Positions 61,438 to 64,000 of a DNA stretch of 64,000 bases are shown in pieces. A program made the position numbers and the translations under genes. The notes beneath the pieces were generated by a model that ran no database searches, had not been told where the DNA came from, and saw nothing but the letters and a program-made list of their open reading frames with translations. Numbering within the stretch: position 1 is the stretch's first letter; each line of letters starts with the position of its first letter. Origin of the DNA: Vicugna vicugna (Eukaryota); assembly GCA_013265495.1 (NCBI GenBank), contig MU058669.1, forward strand, positions 478,056-542,055, written 5' to 3'.

Positions 61438-61514
61438 CATGTGAATATCTTCAAGGAAGATGGTTTGCAACTTTTTCTGACACAGAACCAGATTTTGCTC
61501 CTGTAATTCATGTG

Positions 61515-62522
61515 AAGATGATCTTGTCACACATTACCAGTTGCCTACAACTTCTGTTCTTTCCTCCTTTCTTAATAATAGAATCCTCTGGGGGCAATGT
61601 ATCCAGTTAAAAAATATACTTCATCTTCCCAGGCTTTCTTAGAGCTACTGTAGGTAGTCACGTAACCCAGTTCTGGCAGCTCAGCAGTAGAAGTCAGGTG
61701 AGGATTCTGGAAAGCTATAGCCTTCTTGATAAAAAGGTACAGATTCAGAGGCCATGTCTTTTGCCCTTTGACCTTTTACCCTTCTCCCTGCCTGGAAGGC
61801 AGACGTGATGCTGAAGGGAAGGAGCTGTCTGGTGTAGCAGCAGGTGCTGTCAGTGCTCTGTCCATAACCCTATGACACTCACCATTGCTATGTTTACCAC
61901 AGGCTTCCTACTGAAAGCTCCTGTGTCTCTGCCAGAGGGCTTTTGCTGGCTACAGGATCACAATTAGCCTGTGTGTGTGTGTGTGGGGGGGCAGATTGGA
62001 AGTGCCAGAAAGTTAGTGACCCTGGAAGCAGCCCTCAATGACAGACGTAAATTGGTGCATAAACACCCGAGCTCCTGGGCCTTCAGGTGGGACAACTCTG
62101 AGGCATGAGCTATGCACACTGGGGGCAGAGTGCCTTGAGGTCCCCAGAGGGACTAAACCCCAGTTGTCCACAGCAAGAACTCACTCAATGCATCCTGTAC
62201 TGGCTTTCTTTTCTGTCTCACTTCCCTACTGTCCTACCCTCCTGGGTTCACCTTCCAAATACACTACTTGCACAGGAATCTATCTTAGGATGAGGGAACC
62301 CAATCTAAGACATCTTGTGAGTATGCAGATGAAAACCACATGCTAATGGAGGAAAGGAATCTAGGAGTCCTTTGATGAAGAAGACATGGATGGAGCCCTG
62401 GATGCCAAACTTGGGCCCCTACACAAGCCTTGGACTTTCTCTTATTTGAGGAAAATAAACCTCTTCTTTGGGAAGGCCAGCACAATTGGGTTTCCACAGC
62501 ATGCAGCCAGATGCAACTGTAA
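61515..62522 (+). mobile_element. MLT1J-like MaLR LTR hosting an LTR16
   Basis: agtcacgtaacccagttctggc..cctgcctggaa..gtgatg|..ggagccctgg..tggactt..aaaataaacc. Confidence 0.7.
61833..62312 (+). mobile_element. LTR16A-like ERVL solo LTR
   Basis: tgtagcag..gggacaactctgaggc..cttccaaatacactacttgcac..gggaacccaatctaagaca; TSD TCTGG/TCTTG. Confidence 0.85.
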
Positions 62523-63299
62523 CTGAGAGATCTGGAGGAATTTTTAGTTGAGTCCAAACACAACCAGTCATCAGCTGGACATGGACGCTAATAAAGCTGA
62601 CACTCGGTGACTATGTGATTACCAGCCCTTCACACTATACTGCATGTTACTGCTTGCACAATGTTTGCTTACATGTCGCTATGATTAACCCTCACGTTAA
62701 TTTTGTGAGGCAGGTGTTATCAACTCCATTTCACTGACGTCCAGAGAGGCTGAGTACCATCGTTACATGGCTAGTGGTGGAATCAGGCTTAAGTCTGGTG
62801 ATCTTTCACCACAGGGAGCTAGGGGCTAGGCCTTCATTCTAAGGAGTCTGTGGCATTTAAGTAATGAGTTGCACCTCTGCCTGTCTCCTGAGATCCTGCG
62901 CTTTTCCATGCCTGCTTTCCATCATTACCCTTCACTCCCATGGACTACAGACATGTGCTTCCACCAGAGCTATACCTCCCACTGCCAAACCGCATCACTA
63001 ACTTTACATACGAATCACAGGTTCTCCAAAACATGTGCTGAATCCTCTGGTCTCTACGCCTTAGTTCCAGCTGTTGCCTTTGCCAGGAATACTTTACTTC
63101 AGAAGTGGGAAACTGCTGTACTGAGGCCTAGTGAAGACGGTCTGGTAGCTGCATTCTCATGGTAACTGTTGTCAGGACACCCATCTTAGCATGGCTCAAT
63201 ACACCAAAAACATTTAGATGCTTAGTAAATGTTTGTGAAATGCAAATGGGTAGCCATAGTGGAATCCAGTTGAATTCCAATTTATGCCTGTTTAAAATC

Positions 63300-64000
63300 A
63301 ATAAAAACACATTCTATCACACATAAAAATGAATATATCTCTATAGAAGACTTCAGACAAATGAAATATATGCCATTGAACATTTAATAAATTACATTCA
63401 AGTACAACTTTTTAAAGGACAAAAGTATAATGTAAGTTCATTGAAATGGTAAGCATTTAAACATCATCTGAACCATATCAAATAATACTCATTTATTCTT
63501 CTGAAATGTGTTGACAACCTATAAGTTTATGTATAAGGCTCAGCATTTTCAACACTTCTGGCTTAGATGAGAAAAGACTGTGTTTTCTTAATGGTGATTC
63601 AGGAAATCTGATATACCTGTGTTACAGTGGCTGGTGTGTGGAGACAATGCTAGCACCCACGACTGGCTGGGCCCTGGAAAACAAGCATGCCATGTTTCCA
63701 TGCTGTTCTGGGACGCAGAATACAAAGTCTGATCTTGGGTCAAACTACATGCAAGGCATGGAGAGGACTGTGCCAAGGGGTTCACTGAGGCTGGAGGACA
63801 AAAGGGAAAGCGAAGTGAGGTGAAGAAGCCAGGAGCCTACTTACAACCATTCTAGGTCAACAACTCCCAAGATATTTATATCAAGGTATCTGGTAGGAAA
63901 TATAAATGCTCATTGGGCCAAACTCAAGAACTAAACTATCACAACAGATGCAACCTGGAGGACAGACTTATCAAACCTCCTGTAAACAAATGGCACATCA
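63300..64000 (-). terminator. Probable 3' UTR end and polyadenylation region of an unidentified minus-strand gene
   Basis: No recognisable repeat; U-rich on the minus strand; ATTAAA (63383-63388) with two upstream UGUA and a downstream GU/U-rich tract; AATAAA at 63492-63497. Confidence 0.45.

Overview
Mammalian genomic DNA, most likely camelid (alpaca/llama/camel): four copies of a tRNA-Ala-derived SINE resembling camelid vic-1, plus cetartiodactyl-type L1 3' ends. I can support no protein-coding exon, RNA gene or CRISPR array; the ORF track is explained by chance, GC-rich DNA, microsatellites and decayed L1. Much of the window is transposon-derived (old and young L1, L2, MIR, MaLR/ERVL/ERV1 solo LTRs, hAT elements), often nested and with readable target-site duplications (TSDs). 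Non-repeat signals are a weak CpG island/promoter at ~9.8-10.7 kb with a consensus minus-strand splice donor, several motif-dense unique blocks that may be enhancers, and a probable minus-strand 3' UTR end at ~63.3-64 kb. The most unusual observations are a candidate SINE-mediated 3' transduction (45.1-45.5 kb), three perfect hairpins that look like template-switch products, a small orphan insertion with a TSD and a young ERV solo LTR. I see no convincing new biological system. Repeat subfamily names come from recalled consensus sequences, not a database search, and boundaries without TSDs are approximate.
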